NCBI GenBank assembly: GCA_009692365.1
Contig: SHZJ01000003.1
Coordinates: 65,250-129,249, forward strand
Direction of reading: 5' to 3'
DNA from: Gammaproteobacteria bacterium
Lineage (GTDB): Bacteria; Pseudomonadota; Gammaproteobacteria; Ga0077536
DNA: 64,000 bases
Shown here one piece after another: positions 19,350 to 29,773 of this stretch. The notes under the pieces are model-generated. The model was not told where the DNA came from and searched no databases. It saw only the letters and a program-made list of their open reading frames with translations. The position numbers were made by a program, and so were the translations under genes. The stretch's first letter is position 1, and the number at the start of each line of letters is the position of its first letter.

Positions 19350-21491
19350 ATGACCCGCCACGACCTCAAAATTCTCGAACTGGTCATCCTGCGTGGCCCC
19401 AACCGCTGGTCCTATAAACCTGCGCTCGAGGCACTGGTGGACATCGGCACGCTGGAAGAGTGTCCCTCTAACAGCTTGCCCGGCTTCGTGGCGCGGCTCC
19501 TTGACTGGTTGCCGGGATTGCACCAGCACGAATGCAGCTACGAGGTGCCCGGCGGCTTCGTGCGGCGCCTGCAAGAAGGCACCTGGGTGGGACATATCCT
19601 CGAGCACGTTACGCTGGAACTCCAGTCACGCATTGGCCACCCGGCGGGCTTTGGCCGTGCCCGCGGCGCGGGGGCCACGGGCGTCTATCACGTGGTGGTG
19701 CGCATTACCCAAGAAGACCTCACAAGAGCCTGCCTGCTCAAGGCCCGCGAGCTCATTTTAGCCGCCATCCACGCCGAACCTTTTGACGTCGACGGCGCTC
19801 TGCGCGGGCTGCGGAAGCTGGCGCAGAGCAAAGCACTGGGGCCGAGCACCGCCTGCATTGTAGAGGCCGCGCGCACGGCCCGGATCCCCGTGGCGCCGCT
19901 AGCACACGGCAACCTGGTGCTGCTAGGACAAAGTGCTCGCCAGCGCCGCATCTGGACTGCAGAAACAGACAGCACCTCGGCCATCGCCGAAAGCATCGCG
20001 AAAGACAAAGATCTGGCAAAAGAACTGCTGGGCTACTGCGGCCTGCCGGTTCCCGAGGGCCAGATCGTGCGAACGCTGGCCGAGGCGTGGCGTGCCGCCG
20101 AAGAACTGGGCCTGCCGGTCGTGCTAAAACCGGCCGAAGGCAGTCGGGGCGAGGGGGTGTCGCTGGCGCTGCTCAGCCAGCCGGAAATTGCCGCCGCCTT
20201 CGAACGGGCGCAGCAGGTGCAATCGGCCGTGATCATTGAACGCTACGTCGAAGGCATCGAGCATCGGCTACTCGTGGTAGGCGAGCGCGTGGTGGCGGTC
20301 ACCCGGGCGATAGAATTCACCGTGACCGGCAACGGCCACGACGCGGTTGGCGCGCTGGTCACCCGCACGTTGGGTGGTCGGGAAAGCGATCGCTGGGCGG
20401 CCGAAGCCCTGCTCGACTACCCCACCGTGCGCCGCGCGCTGAACTCGCAAACACTGGACGCCAACAGCGTACCGGCTGCGGGGCGCGTGGTCGGCTTGCA
20501 CCGCCACGCCAAACTGGGGGAAGACGTCCTAGCGCACGTCCATCCCGACACGCTGGCGCTGGCGCTGCTGGCAGCCCGCATCGTGGGACTCGACATCGCC
20601 GGCATCGATATCGTTGCCCGTGACATTGGACAGCCGTTGGCGGCCCAACAGGGCGCGATTATCGAAGTCAACGCAGGCCCCTCGCTGCCCACCCATCTGC
20701 GGCAGAACGGCGGCACCGGCAATACGGCGGGGGACGCCGTGGTGCGGCACCTCTTCCCGGCCGGCGAAGATGGCCGCATCCCGCTGGTCGGGATCACGGG
20801 CTGCGCGGATACCACCAGCGTTGCGCAATTGCTGGGCTATCTGCTCTACCTCCATGGCCGCTCGGTCGGGGTTGCCTGCGCCGCCGGGATCTTTCTCGGA
20901 CAGCGCTGCATCCAGCAAGGCGATGGCGCTAACTGGTCGGCCGGACAGCGGGTGTTGATCAATCGCACGGTCGATGCGGCCGTCATCGAGACCTCGCCCA
21001 CCAGCTTGCTGCGGGAAGGTTTACCTTACGACCGCTGTCTCGTGGGGGTCTTGACCTCCATCGAAGCGCCCACCGAGGTGATCCCCTTTGGGGTGCAGGA
21101 CGCCGGCCAGATGGCCCACGTGCTGCGCACCCAGATCGACGTCGTCCTAGCCCACGGGGTGGCGGTGTTGAATGCCGATGACGCGGCCGTGCTCGCACTG
21201 GCACCGTATTCGGAGGGTGAAGTGTTGTTGTATAGCCGCAGCCAAGCGACTAGCGCTATTCAGGCGGCGCTGCTCAAAGGCGCGCGCGCGGTTTATGTCG
21301 ATGGCGATGCGCTGGTGTTCGCACAGCACAACAACGCCGAGCGCCGCCTGCTCGCACCCTGCGTTAACGCCGCAGACTGCCTGCCGGCCGCCGCCGCCGC
21401 GTGGGCGCTAGGCATCCCTTTCGATCTCATCATCGGCGCCATCGTGGGATACCCGGTAGCGTTGCTCGACCAGAGGACAGCCACATTTTGA
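19350..21491 (+). CDS. cphA: cyanophycin synthetase paralog 1 (CphA-like, 713 aa, degenerate Mur-ligase P-loop)
   Basis: N-terminus LKILELVILRGPNRWSYKPALEALVDIG...HECSYEVPGGFVRRLQEGTWVGHILEHV is the CphA signature, followed by an ATP-grasp core. The position of the Mur-ligase GTNGKTT reads GITGCADTTS instead. Confidence 0.85.
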   Translation: MTRHDLKILELVILRGPNRWSYKPALEALVDIGTLEECPSNSLPGFVARLLDWLPGLHQHECSYEVPGGFVRRLQEGTWVGHILEHVTLELQSRIGHPAGFGRARGAGATGVYHVVVRITQEDLTRACLLKARELILAAIHAEPFDVDGALRGLRKLAQSKALGPSTACIVEAARTARIPVAPLAHGNLVLLGQSARQRRIWTAETDSTSAIAESIAKDKDLAKELLGYCGLPVPEGQIVRTLAEAWRAAEELGLPVVLKPAEGSRGEGVSLALLSQPEIAAAFERAQQVQSAVIIERYVEGIEHRLLVVGERVVAVTRAIEFTVTGNGHDAVGALVTRTLGGRESDRWAAEALLDYPTVRRALNSQTLDANSVPAAGRVVGLHRHAKLGEDVLAHVHPDTLALALLAARIVGLDIAGIDIVARDIGQPLAAQQGAIIEVNAGPSLPTHLRQNGGTGNTAGDAVVRHLFPAGEDGRIPLVGITGCADTTSVAQLLGYLLYLHGRSVGVACAAGIFLGQRCIQQGDGANWSAGQRVLINRTVDAAVIETSPTSLLREGLPYDRCLVGVLTSIEAPTEVIPFGVQDAGQMAHVLRTQIDVVLAHGVAVLNADDAAVLALAPYSEGEVLLYSRSQATSAIQAALLKGARAVYVDGDALVFAQHNNAERRLLAPCVNAADCLPAAAAAWALGIPFDLIIGAIVGYPVALLDQRTATF

Positions 21492-21536
21492 CCGCCATCT
21501 GCGCCCCATCGCCGGCCGAAAAAGAGCTTAACGCCG

Positions 21537-24122
21537 ATGCAGGTTGAGCGTGTCCGGGCGCTCCGCGGCCCCAATCTGTGGACCCGCCGCTGCGCTATCC
21601 AAGCGCTCGTTACCTGCGAGGAAGCCGAACGCGACCTCCGCCAAATGGGCGGCTTCGTCGAGCGCCTGCGGGCGCTTTATCCGCAACTGCCCCCACTCGC
21701 GCCGGCGGCGGCCGGCAGCACCCTCAGCCTTGCCAACGTGCTGGAAGTCGCGGCCTTGGGTCTGCAGACTCTGCTCGGCTGCCCGGTGTCCTTCGCGCAC
21801 ACGGCGGCGGCACCGGATGTTGGGGTCTCGCAGGTGGTGGTGGAATATGTCGAAGAAGCCATAGGGCTGGGCGCCTTTGCGCTCGCGCAGCGGCTGATCG
21901 AGGCCGCACTTGACGCGCTCGCTTTCGATCTGGACCCCGAACTCAACGCGCTGGGTGAACTCTACGAAACGGTGCGCTTAGGCCCCTCCACGGGTGCCAT
22001 CGTGACGGCGGCCGTGGAGCGCGGCATCCCATTTCGCCGTCTCACCAGCGGCAGTCTGGTGCAATTTGGCTGGGGTAGCCGGCAACGGCGGATTCAGGCC
22101 GCGGAAATGGATCGCACCAGCGCCATCGCCCAGTCCATCGCCCAGGATAAACAACTCACTAAGGAACTACTGCGCGCCGCGGGCGTGCCGGTCCCCGAGG
22201 GGCAAACCGTGCTGGACGCCGCGCAAGCCTGGTCCGTCGCCTGCGCCTTGGGCTTACCCGTCGTCGTGAAGCCACAGGACGGCAATCAAGGTCGCGGCGT
22301 GACGGTGAACATTGAAACCCGCGAACATCTGGAACAGGCATTCCAGGCGGCGGCTGAAGCGGGCACGCAGGTGCTGGTGGAACGCTACATCGCGGGCAGC
22401 GATTACCGCCTGCTGGTGATAGGCGACAAACTCATCGCCGCGGCGCGGCGCGAACCGCCGCAGGTCATTGGCGATGGCGTGCGCAGCGTGCAGGAACTGG
22501 TGGAGGAGGTGAACCGCGACCCACGGCGCGGCGAAGGCCACGCCACTTCGCTGACCCGTATTCGGTTGGACGACATCGCGCGGGCGTGTCTGCAGTTGCA
22601 AAACTGTAGCCCCGAGACCATTCCCGCACTCGGCCAACGGGTGATCATGCGCAACAACGCCAATCTTTCCACCGGCGGCACCGCGACCGATGTCACCGAT
22701 GAAGTCCACCCGGAACTCGCCGCGCGCGCGGTAACCGCCGCCCAAATGGTGGGTCTGGAAATTTGCGGTGTAGACATCGTGTGTCAATCGGTGCGCTTAC
22801 CGCTAGAAGAACAGGCCGGCGGGGTGGTGGAGGTGAACGCCGCACCCGGACTGCGGATGCACCTGGCGCCATCTTTTGGCACGGGACGGCGCGTTGGCGA
22901 GGCCATCGTGGCCGAGATGTTTGCACCGGGCGACGATGCGCGCATTCCGGTCGTGGCGGTCACCGGGACCAACGGCAAAACGACCACCGTGCGCCTGATC
23001 GCCCACCTGCTAGCCAGGTCCGGCCTGCGGGTGGGCATGACCACGACCGACGGCGTGTTCGTGGATGGCCGGCAAATGGACGCCGGCGACTGCAGCGGGC
23101 CGCGCAGCGCGCGCAGTGTGTTGATGCATCCCGAGGTCGATGCGGCGGTGTTTGAGACCGCCCGTGGCGGCATTCTGCGCGCGGGGCTGGCCTTCGACCG
23201 CTGTCGGGTGGCAGTGGTCACCAATATCGGTCGCGGCGACCATCTAGGCCTGAACTTCATCACCACGGTCGAAGATTTAGCGGTGCTCAAGCGCGTCATC
23301 GTCCAAAACGTCGCGCCCACCGGACACGCCGTCTTAAACGCTGACGACCCTATCACGGCGCGGCTGGGCGCGGCCTGCCCCGGCAGCGTCATTTTCTTCT
23401 CCCGTGACCACCTTAATCCCATTATCCTCACCCACCGCGCGCAAGGTCGGCCGATCGTTTTGGCCGCAAAGGACGCCATTAGCTGCGCCATTGACGGCGA
23501 GGAAATCTGCCGCCTAGCGCTGGCTGCAATACCGCTGACGATGGGCGGGCGCATCGGCTTTCAGATTGCGAACGTCATGGCCGCGATCGGAGCGGTGTGG
23601 GCGCTGGGCCTCGAGTGGTCCGTGATCAAAGACGGGCTGGCGACGTTTATCTCGGATGCTGCCAGCACCCCGGGGCGCTTCAACTTGATGGCTTATCGCG
23701 GCGCTACCGTCATCGCCGACTATGGCCACAACCCCGATGCCATGACGGCCTTGGTCGACGCCGTCGTCGCGCTGCCAGCCGCCCGTCGCAGCGTGGTGAT
23801 CAGCGGTGCGGGCGACCGCCGCGACGAGGACATTACCAATCAGACGCGCATACTCGGCGAGGTGTTCGACAGCGTTGTGCTCTATCAAGATGCCTGTCAG
23901 CGCGGACGTGCCGATGGCGAAGTGCTCGCGCTCTTGCGCACCGGACTGGCCAACGCCAGCCGCACGCGCGAGATAACCGAAATCCGGGGCGAATTTATCG
24001 CCATCGACGCCGCACTGGCCGCTTTACGACCCGGCGATTTGTGCCTGATCCTCATCGACCAAGTGGACGAGGCGCTGGCGCATTTAGCGCAACGGGTCGC
24101 CGAGGCTGCCACCGTCTCTTAA
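21537..24122 (+). CDS. cphA: cyanophycin synthetase paralog 2 (CphA, 861 aa, intact Mur-ligase domain)
   Basis: CphA N-domain and ATP-grasp, then an intact VAVTGTNGKTTTVRLIAHLL P-loop and Mur-ligase C-terminal domain. Confidence 0.85.
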   Translation: MQVERVRALRGPNLWTRRCAIQALVTCEEAERDLRQMGGFVERLRALYPQLPPLAPAAAGSTLSLANVLEVAALGLQTLLGCPVSFAHTAAAPDVGVSQVVVEYVEEAIGLGAFALAQRLIEAALDALAFDLDPELNALGELYETVRLGPSTGAIVTAAVERGIPFRRLTSGSLVQFGWGSRQRRIQAAEMDRTSAIAQSIAQDKQLTKELLRAAGVPVPEGQTVLDAAQAWSVACALGLPVVVKPQDGNQGRGVTVNIETREHLEQAFQAAAEAGTQVLVERYIAGSDYRLLVIGDKLIAAARREPPQVIGDGVRSVQELVEEVNRDPRRGEGHATSLTRIRLDDIARACLQLQNCSPETIPALGQRVIMRNNANLSTGGTATDVTDEVHPELAARAVTAAQMVGLEICGVDIVCQSVRLPLEEQAGGVVEVNAAPGLRMHLAPSFGTGRRVGEAIVAEMFAPGDDARIPVVAVTGTNGKTTTVRLIAHLLARSGLRVGMTTTDGVFVDGRQMDAGDCSGPRSARSVLMHPEVDAAVFETARGGILRAGLAFDRCRVAVVTNIGRGDHLGLNFITTVEDLAVLKRVIVQNVAPTGHAVLNADDPITARLGAACPGSVIFFSRDHLNPIILTHRAQGRPIVLAAKDAISCAIDGEEICRLALAAIPLTMGGRIGFQIANVMAAIGAVWALGLEWSVIKDGLATFISDAASTPGRFNLMAYRGATVIADYGHNPDAMTALVDAVVALPAARRSVVISGAGDRRDEDITNQTRILGEVFDSVVLYQDACQRGRADGEVLALLRTGLANASRTREITEIRGEFIAIDAALAALRPGDLCLILIDQVDEALAHLAQRVAEAATVS

Positions 24123-24162
24123 CTCGCTGCCAACAGCGGCACCACTGTGTGAGGAATCCCCG

Positions 24163-24960
24163 ATGAGCGTTTTGCAATACGAGGTGCTAGACCACACCGC
24201 CGTCATCACCCTCGACCGGCCACAGGCGCGCAACGCGCTCAACCCGGAATTGGCGGTGAAACTGGCTGAGGCCTGGCTACGGGTGCGCGAGGATGACCAA
24301 GTGCGTGTCGCTATTCTCACCGGCACGGGCAGCGCTTTTTGCGCGGGGGCCGATTTGGGACAACTCATCCCACTGTATTCCGGCGCCCGCCAACCCGCCA
24401 ACGAATGGGATGAACGCGTCATGGCCGACCGCACCATCACGCAGCGCGCGCTGCTGCGGAATTTCGATCCTGAAAAACCGATCATTGCGGCCATCAATGG
24501 TCACGCTATCGCGGGGGGGATGGAACTCGTGCAGGGCACGGATTTGCGCGTGAGCGTAGCCGAAGCCAAATTTGGGGTTCAGGAAGTCAAGTGGGCTATC
24601 TTCCCGGCCGGCGGTTCCACCGTGCGCTTACCCGCCCAAATGCCTTATGCAAAGGCCATGGAACTCCTGCTGACCGGCGACCTCATCACCGCCGAAGCAG
24701 CCTTAGCGCTGGGTTTTCTCAACTATATTGAGGCAGATCCGCTCGCCAAAGCCCACGCCCTGGCGCGCCGGATTGCCGCTAATGGGCCGCTTGCGGTGAG
24801 GGCGATTCGCCGCTCCGTGAAGGCCTGTCTCGGCCAACCCGAGCACGCCGCGATGGCGCTGGAATTGGCGATTGCGGCGCCGGTATTCCAGACCGAGGAT
24901 GCCCAAGAAGGACCGCGGGCCTTTATGGAGAAACGCGCGCCAAGCTACCGCGGTCGCTAA
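24163..24960 (+). CDS. enoyl-CoA hydratase/isomerase (crotonase fold)
   Basis: 265 aa, ITLDRPQARNALN...AILTGTGSAFCAGADL...GHAIAGGMELV. GAGGAA RBS. Confidence 0.8.
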   Translation: MSVLQYEVLDHTAVITLDRPQARNALNPELAVKLAEAWLRVREDDQVRVAILTGTGSAFCAGADLGQLIPLYSGARQPANEWDERVMADRTITQRALLRNFDPEKPIIAAINGHAIAGGMELVQGTDLRVSVAEAKFGVQEVKWAIFPAGGSTVRLPAQMPYAKAMELLLTGDLITAEAALALGFLNYIEADPLAKAHALARRIAANGPLAVRAIRRSVKACLGQPEHAAMALELAIAAPVFQTEDAQEGPRAFMEKRAPSYRGR

Positions 24961-24979
24961 CCGCGCGCCCCGCGCCGGC

Positions 24980-27900
24980 TCAGGCCGTACCAGCTTGGGC
25001 TAGCGCCGCCACCGCGCTTAAGAGCACTGTTGGGCTAACCGGCTTGCGAAAAAAGTGCTCAATGCCGGCTTCTTGCGCCGTTTTTACGTTGACGGTGGGG
25101 CTATAGCCCGAGCAGAGCACAATGGGGAGACGGGGGTAAGAGCGCCGTACTTCGTGGGCAAGTTCTAGCCCCGTCATCCGGGGCATGGTTTGATCGGTCA
25201 GTAACACACAGTAATCCGCGGGGCGTGCTTGCAATAGCGCCAGCGCGTCGACACCGTCCGTGGCGCTGTCTACCGCATAACCTTGGCGCCGGAACAACTC
25301 CACCAAATACTTAAGCACCAGTGGTTCGTCGTCCACCACGAGAATGCGCCGTCCGCCGCTGCCGTGCAGCGTGGGGGGCCGACCGGTCTGCTCAGCGAAC
25401 ACTGGCGATTCGGCGCTCAGCGCCGGCGGGAACAGCAGACGAACGCGTGTGCCCGTGCCAGGTGTAGAGGTCACCACGAGGTGTCCAGAACCCCGATGCA
25501 TAATCCCGTGGACCACCGACAAACCCATCCCGGTCCCTTTACCGGGGCCCTTAGTCGTGAAAAACGGGTCGAAAATCTGGGGCAGCACGCTGGGGGCAAT
25601 ACCCTCCCCGTCGTCTGTCACATCAATCACCAGATAGCTTGCGTCGATCGGACTGTGGCAGCCCGAGCACACCGCCTGAACACGCTGGAGCGGCAATAAA
25701 CTGACCAGAATTAGCCCATGCCCGGGCAAGGCGTCGCGGGCGTTGAGGACCAAATTCACCAGCAGTTGGTGCAAATCGGAGGGGTCTAGCAAAGCGACGC
25801 CGCCGCCGGCGGTCTTATTTTCCACCCGCAGTTGGATGCTAGAGGGAATAATGGTCGCCAGCATGCACAACACTTCGTCGAGCAGGGGTGCCGGGTCGAC
25901 GGGATGTAAATCCTCGCGGGGTGCGTTGCGACTGAATTCCAGCATTTTTACCACCAGTTCACGCGCCCGCTCGCCGGCGGCCATCACGGCGTCCAAGTAC
26001 TCATCAACGCGCTCGCTGTGGTCTGGCCAAAGCGAGCGCGCCAGCGAGGTATAACCCAAAATGCTGGCTAGCACATTGTTAAAATCGTGGGCGATACCCC
26101 CCGTTAACTGCCCCAACGCATCCATTCTTTGCGCCTGCAGGAGCTGCCGCTGCAATTGCGTGTGTTCGGCCGCCGCGTTTATCTCGTCGGTGATGTCATC
26201 GACCGTACCCACAAAGCCCCAGAGCACGCCATCCGAGCGCACCGGCCGCGCGCGCGCCCGCACTCTGATCGTCCGTAAGTCGGGTCTGATTAGGGAAAAC
26301 TCCTCTGAGAAAGAGCCGTTTGCCTCCGCTACACACCGCGACCACTGCAACTGCACACGGACACGGTCGTCCGCGGCCACGGACACGCTCCAATCCCAGG
26401 TTAAATCCCAGCTGTTTGACCATCCCAGCATGTCGCGCAGTAAGGGGTTCACGAACAACAGCTCGCCCAGCGGGTTAGTCAGAAACATGCCCACCGGGGA
26501 ATTCTCAACCACCGCACGCAAGCGCTCCTCGCTGGCCTGTTGCGCGGCGTCGGCTTTTTTGCTGGACGTAATATCGTGCAACACGCCGAACACGTGGAGC
26601 GGCCGGCCGAGCTCGTCGCGGGCCCGGACGGCACCCGAACTTAACATCCAGACCCAACTGCCGTCGGCGGCGAGCAGGCGTAATTCCGTCACGAAGTGAG
26701 CCGTTTCACCGGCGCAATGCGCTGCCAGCCGGGCCTCGACGCGCGGCAGGTCGTCCGGATGAATAAATTTGGCCCAGTCGCCGCGTTCCAGGATGGGGGG
26801 CTCGCGCGAGTCGCCCACCAGCCCCAGCACCATCTGATTGACAATCGTGCGTCCGGATACCAGTTCGAAATCCCACAGCCCAAGATGCGCTGAGGAAACC
26901 ACCATCCGGAGCCGCTCCTCCTCGCGCTGAAGACGCTCTTCGATGGCGCGTTTTTCGCTGATATCAACTTGGATCCCGACCATGCGCAGAGCCCGGCCCT
27001 GGGCGCTGCGCTCGGTCACCCGTCCCCGACTCATAATCGTTTTCCGGCTGCCGTCCGCCGCTTGTACCTTCAACTCTACCTGCAACAGACCGTCGCCGCC
27101 TTCACGGAGCACGCGACATATCGCTTGCGCATAACTGGGATACTCATCGTTGCTTAGCCAATTTGCCATCGAGCCGGCCGGGAATCTCAGAGGAGGAGGT
27201 ACTTCGCCGAGTGTTCGTTCCATCCACTGGTTGGTCCGGAGCTCGTCGATGGAGATATCCCAATCCCAGACGCCCAGCCCGGCTGCCTCGACGATCGACT
27301 GCAGGCGCTGTTGGCTGAATTGTGCGCTGGCCTCAGCGGCACGCAATTGCGTGACATCGATATGGGTGCCGACCAACCGCACTGCGCGACCATCGGCGGC
27401 GCGTTCCACCACTTGGCCGCAGACCAGTTGCCAGCGCCAGTCATCGTGTCCACGAAAGCGTGCTTCCACGCTGAAAATGGCCGTCGTGCCCTTGAGGTGT
27501 GCGGTCCCGGCAGCAAGGAAACGGGAGTAGTCGTCCGGGTGAATCAGCTTCAACCACGCCTGAACGTTTTGGACCTCACCCGGCGAGACGGCCAGATAAT
27601 CTAACGCCGGCGATTGGATCTCGGTATGGTCGGCCACCAGATCCCATTCCCAAAAACCGAGGTTACCCGCCCGAATGACCATCTGAATGCGTGCACGCTC
27701 GTGCTCGAGGGCGAGTTCGATGTGTTTTCGTTGCGTGATGTCTAGCGCCACGCCGGCCATGCAGAGTGCTTGACCAGCAGCGTCGCGCTGCGAGATCTGG
27801 CCCCGACTGTGGAGCCACAGCCACGTTCCATCCTGCCGGCGCAAGCGGTATTCACCCACGTATTCCGCGCTTCGGCCCCTGCATAGTGCGGTGACCGCGG

Positions 27901-29773
27901 CCAACTCGCGGTCAATGTCCGCGGGGTGAATACGCGCCTGCCAGTCCGCGAACGTGGTTGGTAGGTCAGCCGGTTGGCAGCCCAGAAGTTCGGCGAGATT
28001 CCCAACCAAACAATGGCACTGCCCGGTGGCGATATTCCATTCCCAGATGCCTAACCGGCCGGCCTGAACGATGACGCTTAGGTGTTGCTGCTGTGCCTGC
28101 AAAGTGTCCTGTGCGGCCACCCGCTGGCGCTCCGCCGCGACGCGGCGCGCTACGAGGGCTAGCAACAGTTCGGCGTCTGGCTCCGCCACATAGGGTTTGT
28201 CGTCGATCGCCCACACCACCCCCGTGACACCGCCCTCGCTGTCCCTGACCGACTGTCCGAGATAACACTCAGCACCCCGCTGGGCGAAGTCACCGGGTAA
28301 GTTAAAACGGCGCGAAAGTTCCATGGGAACGCAGGAAATTTGGTCGGACTGGATGGTCATGGCCCACGGAGAGTCCAGCACCTCCAGGCTGAAAGGCGCC
28401 GCCCGCTTGCCAGAATCCCGGAACGCCATCACCTCGAGGGTGGCCGGCGTGGTCCCAAAAAACGCAACACCGGCCCAGCGTACGTTGAGTCCGACGCCAA
28501 TGACGGCCGCCATTTGATCCCAAAAGCCGTCGCCGATCTCTGCGCGCACCAGCAGTTCTAACCCCTGCCGGTGACATTCGCGCGCGGTCACGTTGGTGCG
28601 GATCGAGATGAACTGCGTCAGGTTACCGCTCTCGTCCTGCGTCGGGGTAATAGTCGTTTGGGCCCAATAAAACGCGCCGGAGCGGTGGCAGTTTCGAATC
28701 AGGCCGTGCCATGTTTTACCCGCGCGAATGGTTCGCCATAAATCCGCAAAAAAGGCCGCCGGATGCGCACCGGAATTCAGTAAGGCGTGGTCTTGGCCCA
28801 CTAATTCCTCCGCAGAATAGCCGCTGGCCTCGCAGAATCGCTGATTCGCGAAAACAATCTTGCCAGCAAGATTAGTCACTGAAACAATCGCATGCGCATC
28901 GAGCGCGCTCCGCAAGGAACTCAGCGACAAATTCCTCTCGCGCAGTTCTTGCTCCCGCTGCAACACCCGTGCGCGGTCTTGCTCAACGCCAGTCATCGTG
29001 GTGTTCAAGGCCCGCGCGAGGTCGCTCAATTCGTCCGCACCCCCCACGCGCAGCGTGACCCCAGTCTCACCTGCGCTAGCCCGCTGGAGGCCCACTTTGA
29101 GGGCCTCCAGCCGCTGCCGAAATGTGCGTTCAAACCAGGCCCACAGCAATAACGTCAGCAACGCTGCGGAACAGGCGGCAAGCGCGACCCGCCACCACCA
29201 CCCAGAGGCGGCCCGCGCGTTCGACCACGCCGAACCTCGTTGGATCAGCAGCCAGCCCCGCTGAGCGGGGGGCTGCGCCGTGGGCAAGGGCACGGTTTCC
29301 AGCATGGTTTGGCTGTCGCCTAGGCCCACCATTTTGGGCGGGTTCGCCGAAAAATGGCTCCGCGTCAAACCCGGCCAATCAGCAAGTACTAAGCTGCTGC
29401 CCACCGCCGTTTGATCGTTGGTTGCGAGCGTGCGCAGTTCCTCATCCAGCAGCATCACGGACTTGACAAAGGGCTCTTTACCTAGCACGCGCAGAGTTTC
29501 TGCCAAGCCACGCAGGTCGCCGGCGGCATAGTGCTGTGCCACATCGGCGGCAGAGGAGCGCGCGGCGGTACTTTGCGCGTTTTGTATAGCTTCGAGCAGC
29601 GCCTGAGTTTGCAGTCGCTGCTGGATCCCGAAACCCAACGCGCCGACCAGTAAGCTGGTCCCCAGAATGGCCACAGGCACCGCGTGCCGCAGAGGCCAGC
29701 GGGACAGCCCATTCGTCAGGGTGGTCACGGGGACAACCGCGGGCCGTGTTGGAGCGGCCGGTGGAGGGGTCAC
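24980..29773 (-). CDS. 1597-aa hybrid sensor histidine kinase: TM/periplasmic sensor, HAMP-like region, at least 5 PAS/PAC modules, HisKA, HATPase and a C-terminal receiver
   Basis: H-box GGIAHDFNNVLASILGY, N/G boxes LVNLVLNARDALPGHG...DDGEGIAPSVLPQIFDPFFTTK...GTGMGLSVV, and receiver ILVVDDEPLV...LLTDQTMPRMTGLEL. Repeated PAS cores carry the WxWD/W pattern. Confidence 0.85.
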   Translation of the reverse strand: MTPPPAAPTRPAVVPVTTLTNGLSRWPLRHAVPVAILGTSLLVGALGFGIQQRLQTQALLEAIQNAQSTAARSSAADVAQHYAAGDLRGLAETLRVLGKEPFVKSVMLLDEELRTLATNDQTAVGSSLVLADWPGLTRSHFSANPPKMVGLGDSQTMLETVPLPTAQPPAQRGWLLIQRGSAWSNARAASGWWWRVALAACSAALLTLLLWAWFERTFRQRLEALKVGLQRASAGETGVTLRVGGADELSDLARALNTTMTGVEQDRARVLQREQELRERNLSLSSLRSALDAHAIVSVTNLAGKIVFANQRFCEASGYSAEELVGQDHALLNSGAHPAAFFADLWRTIRAGKTWHGLIRNCHRSGAFYWAQTTITPTQDESGNLTQFISIRTNVTARECHRQGLELLVRAEIGDGFWDQMAAVIGVGLNVRWAGVAFFGTTPATLEVMAFRDSGKRAAPFSLEVLDSPWAMTIQSDQISCVPMELSRRFNLPGDFAQRGAECYLGQSVRDSEGGVTGVVWAIDDKPYVAEPDAELLLALVARRVAAERQRVAAQDTLQAQQQHLSVIVQAGRLGIWEWNIATGQCHCLVGNLAELLGCQPADLPTTFADWQARIHPADIDRELAAVTALCRGRSAEYVGEYRLRRQDGTWLWLHSRGQISQRDAAGQALCMAGVALDITQRKHIELALEHERARIQMVIRAGNLGFWEWDLVADHTEIQSPALDYLAVSPGEVQNVQAWLKLIHPDDYSRFLAAGTAHLKGTTAIFSVEARFRGHDDWRWQLVCGQVVERAADGRAVRLVGTHIDVTQLRAAEASAQFSQQRLQSIVEAAGLGVWDWDISIDELRTNQWMERTLGEVPPPLRFPAGSMANWLSNDEYPSYAQAICRVLREGGDGLLQVELKVQAADGSRKTIMSRGRVTERSAQGRALRMVGIQVDISEKRAIEERLQREEERLRMVVSSAHLGLWDFELVSGRTIVNQMVLGLVGDSREPPILERGDWAKFIHPDDLPRVEARLAAHCAGETAHFVTELRLLAADGSWVWMLSSGAVRARDELGRPLHVFGVLHDITSSKKADAAQQASEERLRAVVENSPVGMFLTNPLGELLFVNPLLRDMLGWSNSWDLTWDWSVSVAADDRVRVQLQWSRCVAEANGSFSEEFSLIRPDLRTIRVRARARPVRSDGVLWGFVGTVDDITDEINAAAEHTQLQRQLLQAQRMDALGQLTGGIAHDFNNVLASILGYTSLARSLWPDHSERVDEYLDAVMAAGERARELVVKMLEFSRNAPREDLHPVDPAPLLDEVLCMLATIIPSSIQLRVENKTAGGGVALLDPSDLHQLLVNLVLNARDALPGHGLILVSLLPLQRVQAVCSGCHSPIDASYLVIDVTDDGEGIAPSVLPQIFDPFFTTKGPGKGTGMGLSVVHGIMHRGSGHLVVTSTPGTGTRVRLLFPPALSAESPVFAEQTGRPPTLHGSGGRRILVVDDEPLVLKYLVELFRRQGYAVDSATDGVDALALLQARPADYCVLLTDQTMPRMTGLELAHEVRRSYPRLPIVLCSGYSPTVNVKTAQEAGIEHFFRKPVSPTVLLSAVAALAQAGTA

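Noticed and set aside
25283-29466. Multiple 60-210-aa ORFs antisense to the giant hybrid kinase (e.g. 26061..26699, 28860..29264, 29122..29466)
   Set aside because: Antisense ORFs inside a well-supported 4.8-kb gene, with low-complexity translations. An artefact of GC-rich codon bias.
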